NCBI GenBank assembly: GCA_964569045.1
Contig: CAZMSR010000003.1
Coordinates: 23,492 to 87,491, forward strand
DNA: 64,000 nt
Direction: 5' to 3'
From: an uncultured Gammaproteobacteria bacterium
GTDB lineage: Bacteria; Patescibacteriota; Patescibacteriia; Patescibacteriales; BS150m-G62
The first letter of the stretch is position 1, and every line of letters starts with the position of its first letter. The notes under the pieces were generated by a model that was given only the letters and a program-made list of their open reading frames with translations, searched no databases and was not told the origin of the DNA. The position numbers and the translations under genes are program-made. Positions 50,170 through 58,235 of this stretch are shown piece by piece.

Positions 50170-50892
50170 TTATTTAAGAGTTAAAATAAAATATTTTTCT
50201 TTGCCTGTCTTTATTGTGGTTGAATTATATCCACATGAGTCAAAATCTGTAAAAAAACCAAAGGAGAAAGTAAAGCCTAAGTTATTTTTAAGTATATTGT
50301 TAGCATTTAATCGTTTTTTCCCTATTGGTTTATCTGTATATGAGCCAATAAATATTTTTACACTTGTGGATATGCATTTTTTTAATGATATTAAGAGATT
50401 AATAGACGATTCTTTATCTATCATTCCCCAAAAATTATTCATAATAACATTTTTAATATGATCTAATTTTGTAAAATTAAAATTTTCGATTTTTTCCGGA
50501 AATAATTTGATATTTGTATAACTTTCTAGTCTGTATTTTGCTTCATTTAGCATTATTTTAGATCTGTCTATGCCATAAATAGGATTGTATCCTGCATCTG
50601 CACAGCGCATAAGCAGATCTCCTCGACCACACCCAATTTGAAGCACTGATCCTTCGTTGAAGTGTGGTTTTAGTATATCTAATAACCAAGAGTAATCTGC
50701 ATCCTGTAAACTGGCATGCTCTTCGTTAATAAAGTCATACACTTCTGCTCCAGTTTTGATTTTGCCTGAAAGAATATTCTTATAAGCTCCTTCTTCTTTG
50801 ATTTGCTCTAGGATTGATTTGGGGATGAAATTGAATATTTCATCTAATGCTTCTTCGTTTGTCATATGTTTTTTATTAAAAAACTCGGTCAC
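50170..50892 (-). CDS. class I SAM-dependent methyltransferase
   Basis: VLQIGCGRGDL motif I and acidic motif II. Confidence 0.75.
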   Translation of the reverse strand: MTEFFNKKHMTNEEALDEIFNFIPKSILEQIKEEGAYKNILSGKIKTGAEVYDFINEEHASLQDADYSWLLDILKPHFNEGSVLQIGCGRGDLLMRCADAGYNPIYGIDRSKIMLNEAKYRLESYTNIKLFPEKIENFNFTKLDHIKNVIMNNFWGMIDKESSINLLISLKKCISTSVKIFIGSYTDKPIGKKRLNANNILKNNLGFTFSFGFFTDFDSCGYNSTTIKTGKEKYFILTLK

Positions 50893-50926
50893 TAACCGAG
50901 TTTTAAAAAAAGATTAGTATTAAAAT

Positions 50927-52324
50927 TTATTTATATGTGATTGGAATTACAAGTTTGACTATTGTGCCTTTTCCATATTCGCTTTTAATGTCAATTAAGC
51001 CTTTAAAATCTTTTTTAATAATTTTTTGCGTGGTATATAAGCCAAGACCCATTGTTTGTTTTGTTGTGAAAAATGGTTTAAAAATATTATTTATTACTCC
51101 TTTTTTTATTCCAGGGCCGGTGTCTTTTATTGTGATAATAATTTTTTTGTTTTTTTGAATTAATTCAATAAATATAGAGCAAGGTGTTTTATTATTTTTT
51201 GTTTTAGCACAAGCATCAGTAGCATTGCTTAATATATTAGTTAATACTTGGTTTAGTTTAAATTTATTGCCATATGTTATAATTTTTGTACTCGGCTTAT
51301 TGAAAAAAATTTTAGCTCTACTTTTTTTGGTTTTATAATCAAGTACTGATATGCAATCATCGATTTCGTCTATGACTGAGAAGTAAGTGTCAGTATTACT
51401 TTGTTTGATTTGTTTTTGAGCTGCATTTAAATATTTTTTTACATTTTCGAGATTATTATTTGCTTCGTCTACTGTTTTTTGTATATTAGGTGGTAATTTT
51501 ACGTTTTGCCTTTTGTCGGTTTTTAATTCTTCGATATTTAAATAAACTGTTTGTAAGTGATTTACTAAATCATGAAAAATACCTCCAGATAACTGGCCAA
51601 ATTCATAAAAATGATATAATTGTCCAATTCGTTTTTTTTGCTCTTTTGCTAAATCTTTTGTGCGTTTTTCTACTTTTTCCTCAAGTAAATCACGTTCTTT
51701 TTTAAGTGCTTTTTCTGATTTTCTTGCACGTTTTAATGATTTGTCGAGCTCTCTATTGTATAGCCAGGTTATTGATACTATAATCATTAAAGTGAATCCG
51801 GCAATTGATGCATCACCTAGATTTGTTGGGGTATTTTTCCATGTTGATATTGGGTTTAGAATATGTAATTGTTGTAAGTATGTTAATAGAATTAGTGAAG
51901 CAAAACATATGAGTGTAGTTATTATTGCGATTCTAGTACTAATTAATATAGCTGCCATTGTTATTATTAGTGCATACATTAGTCTTCCTGCTGGCATGTC
52001 AGCTCCCCATGAAATAAAAGAGGATAGTGTAATTAAAAATAAAAAACTTACTAAAATATATGATGAAAAAATAACTTTTTTCTTTTTTGTTAGGATAAAT
52101 AATGTTATGAAGAAAATTGTAATTGCTGTTAATATTAATGGATTGATTTGTTGCTCGGAATACTGTGCTGTATTTAACGTACTTAATATAACTCTTAAAG
52201 TTCCAACGGCTGATAATATTATTGAACCTAATAAAAGTATATATAATATGAATTCTTTACGAGCTAGATCTTCGTTAGTCGAGTTTGGCTGAATAAGTCT
52301 TTTTGTTAGTTTTAATAGTTTCAT
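50927..52324 (-). CDS. membrane sensor histidine kinase with 6-TM N-terminal domain and AgrC/ComD-like H-box
   Basis: Six predicted TM helices; H-box IFHDLVNHL; HATPase_c boxes (SNATDAC, DTGPGI, FKPFFTTK, GLGLYTTQKII). Confidence 0.8.
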   Translation of the reverse strand: MKLLKLTKRLIQPNSTNEDLARKEFILYILLLGSIILSAVGTLRVILSTLNTAQYSEQQINPLILTAITIFFITLFILTKKKKVIFSSYILVSFLFLITLSSFISWGADMPAGRLMYALIITMAAILISTRIAIITTLICFASLILLTYLQQLHILNPISTWKNTPTNLGDASIAGFTLMIIVSITWLYNRELDKSLKRARKSEKALKKERDLLEEKVEKRTKDLAKEQKKRIGQLYHFYEFGQLSGGIFHDLVNHLQTVYLNIEELKTDKRQNVKLPPNIQKTVDEANNNLENVKKYLNAAQKQIKQSNTDTYFSVIDEIDDCISVLDYKTKKSRAKIFFNKPSTKIITYGNKFKLNQVLTNILSNATDACAKTKNNKTPCSIFIELIQKNKKIIITIKDTGPGIKKGVINNIFKPFFTTKQTMGLGLYTTQKIIKKDFKGLIDIKSEYGKGTIVKLVIPITYK

Positions 52325-52337
52325 GTTAAATTATTCT

Positions 52338-52374
52338 AAAAACTAGCTGGATGATATTATGAACATCCAGCTAG
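52338..52374 (-). terminator. strong rho-independent terminator or attenuator between the peptide gene and the kinase gene
   Basis: Perfect 11-bp stem CTAGCTGGATG/CATCCAGCTAG with a 10-nt loop, followed by TTTTT on the minus strand. Confidence 0.6.
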
Positions 52375-52384
52375 ATGGGTGTAT

Positions 52385-52498
52385 TTATTCTCCTCCCCAA
52401 GGATTGCCACCACCAGCAACAGTAACAACAAATGCAGCTAGGCTTGCAGAATTTCTTCCAGCTTTAGTTGATAAAGCTTTTTCGATTAAATTTTTCAT
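52385..52498 (-). CDS. candidate 37-aa peptide (possible signalling or precursor peptide)
   Basis: MKNLIEKALSTKAGRNSASLAAFVVTVAGGGNPWGGE. Locally GC-rich coding stretch ending just before the terminator. The longer 120-aa version of this ORF looks like translated AT-rich spacer. Confidence 0.35.
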   Translation of the reverse strand: MKNLIEKALSTKAGRNSASLAAFVVTVAGGGNPWGGE

Positions 52499-52768
52499 TG
52501 TAATATTGTATTTTAGCAGAAAATATTCTTTTATTGAATCGCGCAATTTAACAAAAGAGTGATTTGCTAAAAAAATGTTTGTAAAAGTGCTCTTTCGACC
52601 TTTTTCAAAATTAATTATATTAATTTTAATAAAGAGCCTTATATGTTGATAATTATATATATAGACAGTTGAAATAAATTTAATAAAAAAATAAAATAAA
52701 AATAAAATCGAAATAAAAAAAAGAGCATTGCATTGCGCTTTGCTCAATTATAAAGAACGATTTTTTGT

Positions 52769-53698
52769 TTAATTTTTTTGTTGTACAGTAACTGTTACTT
52801 GATTGCCCAGTTGGTTATATTCAAGAGTATCAAAGCTTATTTTTTTGGCCATGGCAATGCCTCGTCCGTGTAAATGTGTTACTCGGAGTGGGTCAATTTC
52901 TAGATATTTTTGCCAGTTAAATCCATGACCATCATCTCTGATGGTAAAGACAAGATTATTGTTTGAGTCTTCATGGTAGTGAACTATCACTAATTTTTTT
53001 CTGTATTCTGCTTTTTTAAGACGTCTTTTGATTTCCTCTTCCCACATACCTTCGCTTATTAGCATTGTTTTTTCTTCGTAGGTAATGCCTAAGTTACCAT
53101 GCTCCACGGCATTTATTAATAGCTCTAGAAAACCAACGCCTACAGAGCCTGGGTTATGGCAAAGAGCTGCAAGTATTTTGGCTAAATTATGAGTTTCTTC
53201 AAGGCTTCTTATAGTAAATCTTTTGGTAGGTGGTTTTTTATCTCTATTTGAAGATATTTGTTGTAGTGTGAGATAGTTATTACGGTCTATTAATGCAGTT
53301 TTTATTAATGCAAGTAGCGTTTCTCTTTTAAATGGTTTTGTTAAATAGAAATAGGCTCCAGCATTAATCCCTTTTTGAATTTCTCTTGGGTTAGCGCGCG
53401 CTGTTTGCATTATAATTTGATTTGAATGAAGTCTATTTGAATGTTGAATTTTTTCAAGTATCTCAAGACCACTCATTTTTGGCATCATCCAGTCAAGTAA
53501 TACGAGGTCATAATTTGTATCTGCTTTTAGTATCTTATTCCAAGCTTCTTCTCCGTTAGTTGCTGTCTCAACTTGATATTCGGTTTCATCCAAGAATTCT
53601 TTTATGATCATAAGCATGTAAGGTTCGTCGTCGACTGCAAGAATTCTTGGTTGTTTTTTTGGTTTATCAGATAAGATTGGAATTTGTGAGTTAAGCAT
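52769..53698 (-). CDS. response-regulator receiver fused to a GHKL ATPase (RsbW/SpoIIAB-like serine-kinase domain)
   Basis: REC motifs (ILAVDDEP...LVLLDWMMPKMSG); C-terminal ELLINAVEHG, IRDDGHGF and HGRGIAMAKKI boxes. The ORF extends to 53773; the start is placed at MLNSQIP to avoid an 83-nt overlap. Confidence 0.7.
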   Translation of the reverse strand: MLNSQIPILSDKPKKQPRILAVDDEPYMLMIIKEFLDETEYQVETATNGEEAWNKILKADTNYDLVLLDWMMPKMSGLEILEKIQHSNRLHSNQIIMQTARANPREIQKGINAGAYFYLTKPFKRETLLALIKTALIDRNNYLTLQQISSNRDKKPPTKRFTIRSLEETHNLAKILAALCHNPGSVGVGFLELLINAVEHGNLGITYEEKTMLISEGMWEEEIKRRLKKAEYRKKLVIVHYHEDSNNNLVFTIRDDGHGFNWQKYLEIDPLRVTHLHGRGIAMAKKISFDTLEYNQLGNQVTVTVQQKN

Positions 53699-54863
53699 GG
53701 TTTTCTCCACTTTTAAGCTCCTGGTAGGATTTTTTAATATCATGGATTTGAGGTAGAATTCTGAAAAAAGCATTAACTAACTCAGGGTCGAATTGTTCGC
53801 CTCTTTCTTTTTTTATAAGGTCAAGTGCTTGCTCTTCTTTCCATGCAGATTTATAAGGTCTTTTTGAGGTTAGGGCATCATAAACATCGGCGACTGCAAC
53901 TATTCGACCCGGAAGTGGTATATTTTTGCCTTTTAATCCATTTGGGTATCCATTACCATTCCATTTTTCATGGTGAGTTAGAGCTATGATTCGACCCATT
54001 TCAACTAATTTTGAAGTTGGATTAGCAAGTATTTTGGCACCAATAATTGTGTGTGCATTCATTATTTGACGTTCTTCTGCAGTAAATTTACCTGGCTTAA
54101 GTAAGATGTCATCTCTAATTCCGACTTTTCCGATATCATGCATGGGGGCTGCATAAATATAAGCATCTGCCTGGTAGTTGCTTAGATTGATTGCTAAAGC
54201 CAATTGTTTAGAATACTGACTAACCCGCTTAACATGCATTCCGGTTTCATCGTCACGTATTTCTCCTGTCATACCAAGTCTATGCATTAAATCAATTTGA
54301 GTGGCAAGAATTAATTTGTGTTGTTTTTGACTTTTTTCATATTGATTCTTTAGTCGTATCTTTTGGTCTTTTAGTCTTATTGTACTTTCTTGTAATAATT
54401 GGTTAAGGTTTGAATTTTGTTGCTTTAGTTCTATTTGAGTTAAGTGCAGTTCAAGCAGATTTTTTACCCGTAATAAAAGCTCTTGTCGCTTAAAGGGCTT
54501 AATGAGAAAGTCTCTGACTAAAGAGGTTTTTAGAGCTTTATTGCGTGTGTTTTCATCATTTTTTGCTGATAGGATTATGATCGGTCCATGATGTGATTTA
54601 TCTTGAATCGCTTTAAGTAAGTCAAAACCATTCAAGATAGGCATTACAATATCTAAGAGAATTAAATCAAAGGTTTCTCGAGTTAAAAGGTTTAGTCCTG
54701 TAACTGGTATTGTTGTGGATTGCACGTTTGTGTAGCCCTCCATTTCGAGAAATTCTCGCAAAATTACATTATTTTGCTCTTCATCGTCAATGATGAGAAT
54801 CCTTGCATTCATTGCTGTTTTAGGTTGTATCATTATTTTATTCCTTTGATTGTTTGTCCTCAT
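53691..54863 (-). CDS. response regulator with HD-GYP phosphodiesterase output domain
   Basis: REC domain, then HDIGKVGI and HHEKWNGNGYP motifs. Confidence 0.85.
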   Translation of the reverse strand: MRTNNQRNKIMIQPKTAMNARILIIDDEEQNNVILREFLEMEGYTNVQSTTIPVTGLNLLTRETFDLILLDIVMPILNGFDLLKAIQDKSHHGPIIILSAKNDENTRNKALKTSLVRDFLIKPFKRQELLLRVKNLLELHLTQIELKQQNSNLNQLLQESTIRLKDQKIRLKNQYEKSQKQHKLILATQIDLMHRLGMTGEIRDDETGMHVKRVSQYSKQLALAINLSNYQADAYIYAAPMHDIGKVGIRDDILLKPGKFTAEERQIMNAHTIIGAKILANPTSKLVEMGRIIALTHHEKWNGNGYPNGLKGKNIPLPGRIVAVADVYDALTSKRPYKSAWKEEQALDLIKKERGEQFDPELVNAFFRILPQIHDIKKSYQELKSGENHA

Positions 54864-55003
54864 TTTTAAAAACGTAAATGCAGCGAATTGGTTTTTTCTT
54901 GAAACGAGCTTGCTATTTAACCTAATTTTCTAAGTGGCTAAAGAGAATATGCTTTGAATGTTGCTGTTATCGTCAATAATTAAAATTGTCTTTGTTTTTT
55001 TGT

Positions 55004-56155
55004 CTATTTTGTGTTTTCTTTTTCATTGCAAATTGGGAGGGTGATCTCAAAGCTGGCGCCGACTTTGCTGTTATTTTTACAAGTTATATTGCCATTATGA
55101 GCTAGTATAATTTCTTTGCATATTGCTAGTCCGAGTCCTGTGCCTCCGGTCTTTTGGTTGTTATTATGACTTTGAGTGAATTTATTGAATATATTTTTTA
55201 GCTCTGTCTCCGGAATTCCACAGCCTTGGTCTCTGATTATAATTCTAAATGAGTTATTTTTATCTTTTGAGATAATTATTTTTATTAGCCCACCTTGGTT
55301 AGAAAATTTTATGGCATTGCTCAAGATATTCTGAATTACACGTAATATTTTAATTTTGTCAGCGGTTATTTGAAGATGTTGCTCTTTGGATTCAAAATGT
55401 AAGTGTAATTTTTTTTCTTTAATTAATAGTTTTACTGAATCTAATTCTTTGTTTATAGCGCTTATTAGATCAAAATTTTCTTTATTGAGATCCACTAACC
55501 CTGATTCAAGTTTAGCTAAATCAAGTAAGTCATTTATTAAGGATAATTGCTTTGCTTGACTTTCTTGAATTCCTTCTAAAAATAATGTTATTTTGTCCAA
55601 GTCTTCTTTGATTTCACTTGAAGTTGCCAGAGAATTGATTGAGGTTAGTTCTGTAAGACGTTTTGCTTTTATTTTGGCAAGATAAGCTAAATTCTTAATT
55701 ATGTGCAAAGGTGTTCTAAGATCATGGCTTATATTGGAAAGGAATTCGGTTTTAGCACGATTTGCATTTTCTGCTGCTTGTTTTGCCTCTATCAAACCTT
55801 TTTCAAAAGTTTTTCTAACCGTTAAGTCGCGGATAACACCAATAAATAGCTCTTTCCCAAGAAAATTAAATTCGCAAAGATTTAATTCTAGGTAAAAAGT
55901 GGAACCATTTTTATGTAGTCCAAACATTTCTTTTTCATATTCGTTTTTAGAGAAATAGTCTTGAATACCTTTAAAATGAAATGAAGTAGGAATAATGGTT
56001 TTTAAATTACATCCCATTAATTCATATGAACTGTAGCCAAACATTTTTTTTGTAGCAGGATTTGCAAAAACTATCTCACCATATGTGTTTATGGCAAGTA
56101 CCCCATCATTTGTATTGTTTGCGTTTTTTGTTGTTGAATGCGCGTAATGGTCCAT
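55004..56155 (-). CDS. cytoplasmic PAS-domain sensor histidine kinase
   Basis: PAS (GEIVFANPATKKMFGYSSYEL), H-box NISHDLRTPL, HATPase_c (DQGCGIP, GGTGLGLAICKEII). Confidence 0.85.
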   Translation of the reverse strand: MDHYAHSTTKNANNTNDGVLAINTYGEIVFANPATKKMFGYSSYELMGCNLKTIIPTSFHFKGIQDYFSKNEYEKEMFGLHKNGSTFYLELNLCEFNFLGKELFIGVIRDLTVRKTFEKGLIEAKQAAENANRAKTEFLSNISHDLRTPLHIIKNLAYLAKIKAKRLTELTSINSLATSSEIKEDLDKITLFLEGIQESQAKQLSLINDLLDLAKLESGLVDLNKENFDLISAINKELDSVKLLIKEKKLHLHFESKEQHLQITADKIKILRVIQNILSNAIKFSNQGGLIKIIISKDKNNSFRIIIRDQGCGIPETELKNIFNKFTQSHNNNQKTGGTGLGLAICKEIILAHNGNITCKNNSKVGASFEITLPICNEKENTK

Positions 56156-56344
56156 TGCTTTTCCTCTATGTTATTAATTTTTAATGATCATGGCACAAGT
56201 TTGAGCCTAAGTAATTTATGCATTATTCCTGATGAAAATTATTTAATAAAAAAATGACAAATTTATGACATTTTTTTGCTAATATTGCAATTTTTATTTT
56301 AATATGTTAATTTGAAAAATTATTTATTATTAAATTATAGATAA

Positions 56345-57013
56345 ATGAAAATTTTATTAATAGAGGATGATGCAAAATTGGCAAAAGAATTGAAAAAAAA
56401 ATTGGAGCATGATTTTTTTGTTGTTGATATTGCTGATAATGGAGAGCGTGGATCTTTTTTGGCAAGAACTAGTAGTTATGATTTAATAATACTAGATAAT
56501 ATTTTGCCAAAAAAAGAAGGCAAGGATGTTCTTCATGAGATACGAGATGATAAAAAAAATACATTAATTTTAGTATTAAGCATTAAATTTGAGCCTGGTT
56601 TAAAAACAGAGTTGTTAAATGCCGGAGCAGATGATTATATGCAAAAACCTTATTCTTATCAGGAATTAAAGGCACGAATTAATGCACTTCTAAGAAGAGC
56701 GACGCAAATAAATAATGTTGTTATGAAAATTGGCGCTTTAGAAATAGATACAGGATCTTATAGTGTAAAATATTTAAATAAAAATATTACACTCACTCGT
56801 AAAGAATTTTTATTTTTAGAGTATTTGGGAAGAAATAAAAATAGGGTGGTAAGCAGAGGGGGAATTATAGAGAATGTGTGGGATGTGAATGCAGATTTAT
56901 TTTCCAATGCTATAGAAGCCACTGTTTTAAGGCTTAGAAAAAAATTCAAAAAAATAACAAAAGTTAATATTATTGAAACTATTAATGGTGTGGGGTATAG
57001 AATTAAATGTTAA
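56345..57013 (+). CDS. OmpR-family response regulator
   Basis: REC plus winged-helix Trans_reg_C (LTRKEFLFLEYL...GVGYRI). Confidence 0.9.
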   Translation: MKILLIEDDAKLAKELKKKLEHDFFVVDIADNGERGSFLARTSSYDLIILDNILPKKEGKDVLHEIRDDKKNTLILVLSIKFEPGLKTELLNAGADDYMQKPYSYQELKARINALLRRATQINNVVMKIGALEIDTGSYSVKYLNKNITLTRKEFLFLEYLGRNKNRVVSRGGIIENVWDVNADLFSNAIEATVLRLRKKFKKITKVNIIETINGVGYRIKC

Positions 57014-57017
57014 ATAA

Positions 57018-57290
57018 ATGGAATTGATTAAATTTATTAAAATTAAAAAAATTGTACGAAGTGAAATTGACAAATATATAAATGAAAATAAGCATTTATT
57101 GTCAACTGATGATGCTTATAATATTAATTGTGGTTTAAAGCCTAGGATTGTTGTTAATTCTATAGCTAAGGCGTGCCGCGAATGCAAAAAAGGAGGTTAT
57201 GTAAAACATGAAAATACAAATGATTGTTATTTGAGGATATTTGAGTATGGTACAAAATATGCTACAAAATATTTGTCTAAACTAAAATAG
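57018..57290 (+). CDS. hypothetical small protein
   Basis: 90 aa with a CRECKKGGY motif. Confidence 0.35.
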   Translation: MELIKFIKIKKIVRSEIDKYINENKHLLSTDDAYNINCGLKPRIVVNSIAKACRECKKGGYVKHENTNDCYLRIFEYGTKYATKYLSKLK

Positions 57291-57292
57291 TA

Positions 57293-57964
57293 TTATTTTT
57301 CGTTTATTATGTAACCTCTGCCAGGAACTGTAATAATAATTTTTGTGTTTGTAATTTTTTTGAATTTTTTTCTAAGATTTAAGATGTGGCTTTCAATTGT
57401 ATTTGAAAAAGCATCAGCATTGATATCCCATACTTTTTCCATTAACTCAGCTCTTGATATTATATTTCCTCTATTCTCAGCTAAGTATTTTAATATTAAA
57501 AATTCTTTGCGTCTTAAATATACATCATTATTATTGTACCTTACTTGATTTTTATTGGTATTTATTACAAGCATATTAATATTAATTATGTTTGATTTTA
57601 TTGTAGGTTTTCTTCTTAGTAGTGCTTTTATTCTTGCTTTTAATTCTTGATATGAATAGGGCTTTACTAAATAATCGTCAACACCAGAATTAAATAAATC
57701 AACTTTATCATTAATGTCAAATTTTATTGTAAGCATTATTATTGGAGTATCTATATTTTCATTTCTGATTTCGGTACAAATTTTTTTCCCATTTTTTTCA
57801 GGTAGCACATAGTCGAGGATTATTAGGTCATAGTTATTGGTGCGAGCCCAGAAAGATCCTTTTGTTCCATTTTTTGTCCAATCAACTACATAACAATCTT
57901 GCTCTAAATATTTTTTTAACAAAAAGCCTGTTTTTTGATCATCTTCAATTAAGAGTATTTTCAT
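57293..57964 (-). CDS. OmpR-family response regulator
   Basis: REC plus Trans_reg_C (LRRKEFLILKYL...GRGYII). Confidence 0.9.
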   Translation of the reverse strand: MKILLIEDDQKTGFLLKKYLEQDCYVVDWTKNGTKGSFWARTNNYDLIILDYVLPEKNGKKICTEIRNENIDTPIIMLTIKFDINDKVDLFNSGVDDYLVKPYSYQELKARIKALLRRKPTIKSNIININMLVINTNKNQVRYNNNDVYLRRKEFLILKYLAENRGNIISRAELMEKVWDINADAFSNTIESHILNLRKKFKKITNTKIIITVPGRGYIINEK

Positions 57965-58079
57965 TTATCCACAGTTAAATTTTTTATTACTTATAATGAT
58001 ACTATAGTTTTTTTATTTTTTTAACTAATCCTGGCAAATTTGATGCAAATTTTTCTTGTGATATAATAAGAAAGCATTG

Positions 58080-58128
58080 AATCTATATATAGTGGTTTGT
58101 TCAGTGTTTACAGTACTATATATTGTGT
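58080..58128. promoter_or_regulatory. tandem NrdR-box-like palindromes upstream of nrdA
   Basis: AATCTATATATAGTGG (58080-58095) and GTACTATATATTGTGT (58113-58128). The second matches the consensus at 14/16. Spacing is 33 bp, the same as at the nrdR locus. Confidence 0.55.
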
Positions 58129-58235
58129 ATGAATGATTTTAGTGAATTTTGTCATATTAGATAAACATACTTCTATTATGCACTTGTATAATAAATTATA
58201 TTTTTTATAAAAAGTGTAAGTTTAGAAGTTTTAAA

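Noticed and set aside
52385-52747. 120-aa minus-strand ORF covering the whole 52385-52747 spacer
   Set aside because: The N-terminal 83 aa are Phe/Ile/Tyr/Asn-rich low-complexity sequence, typical of translated AT-rich non-coding DNA. Only the last 37 aa (from MKNLIEK) look protein-like, so the short version is reported.
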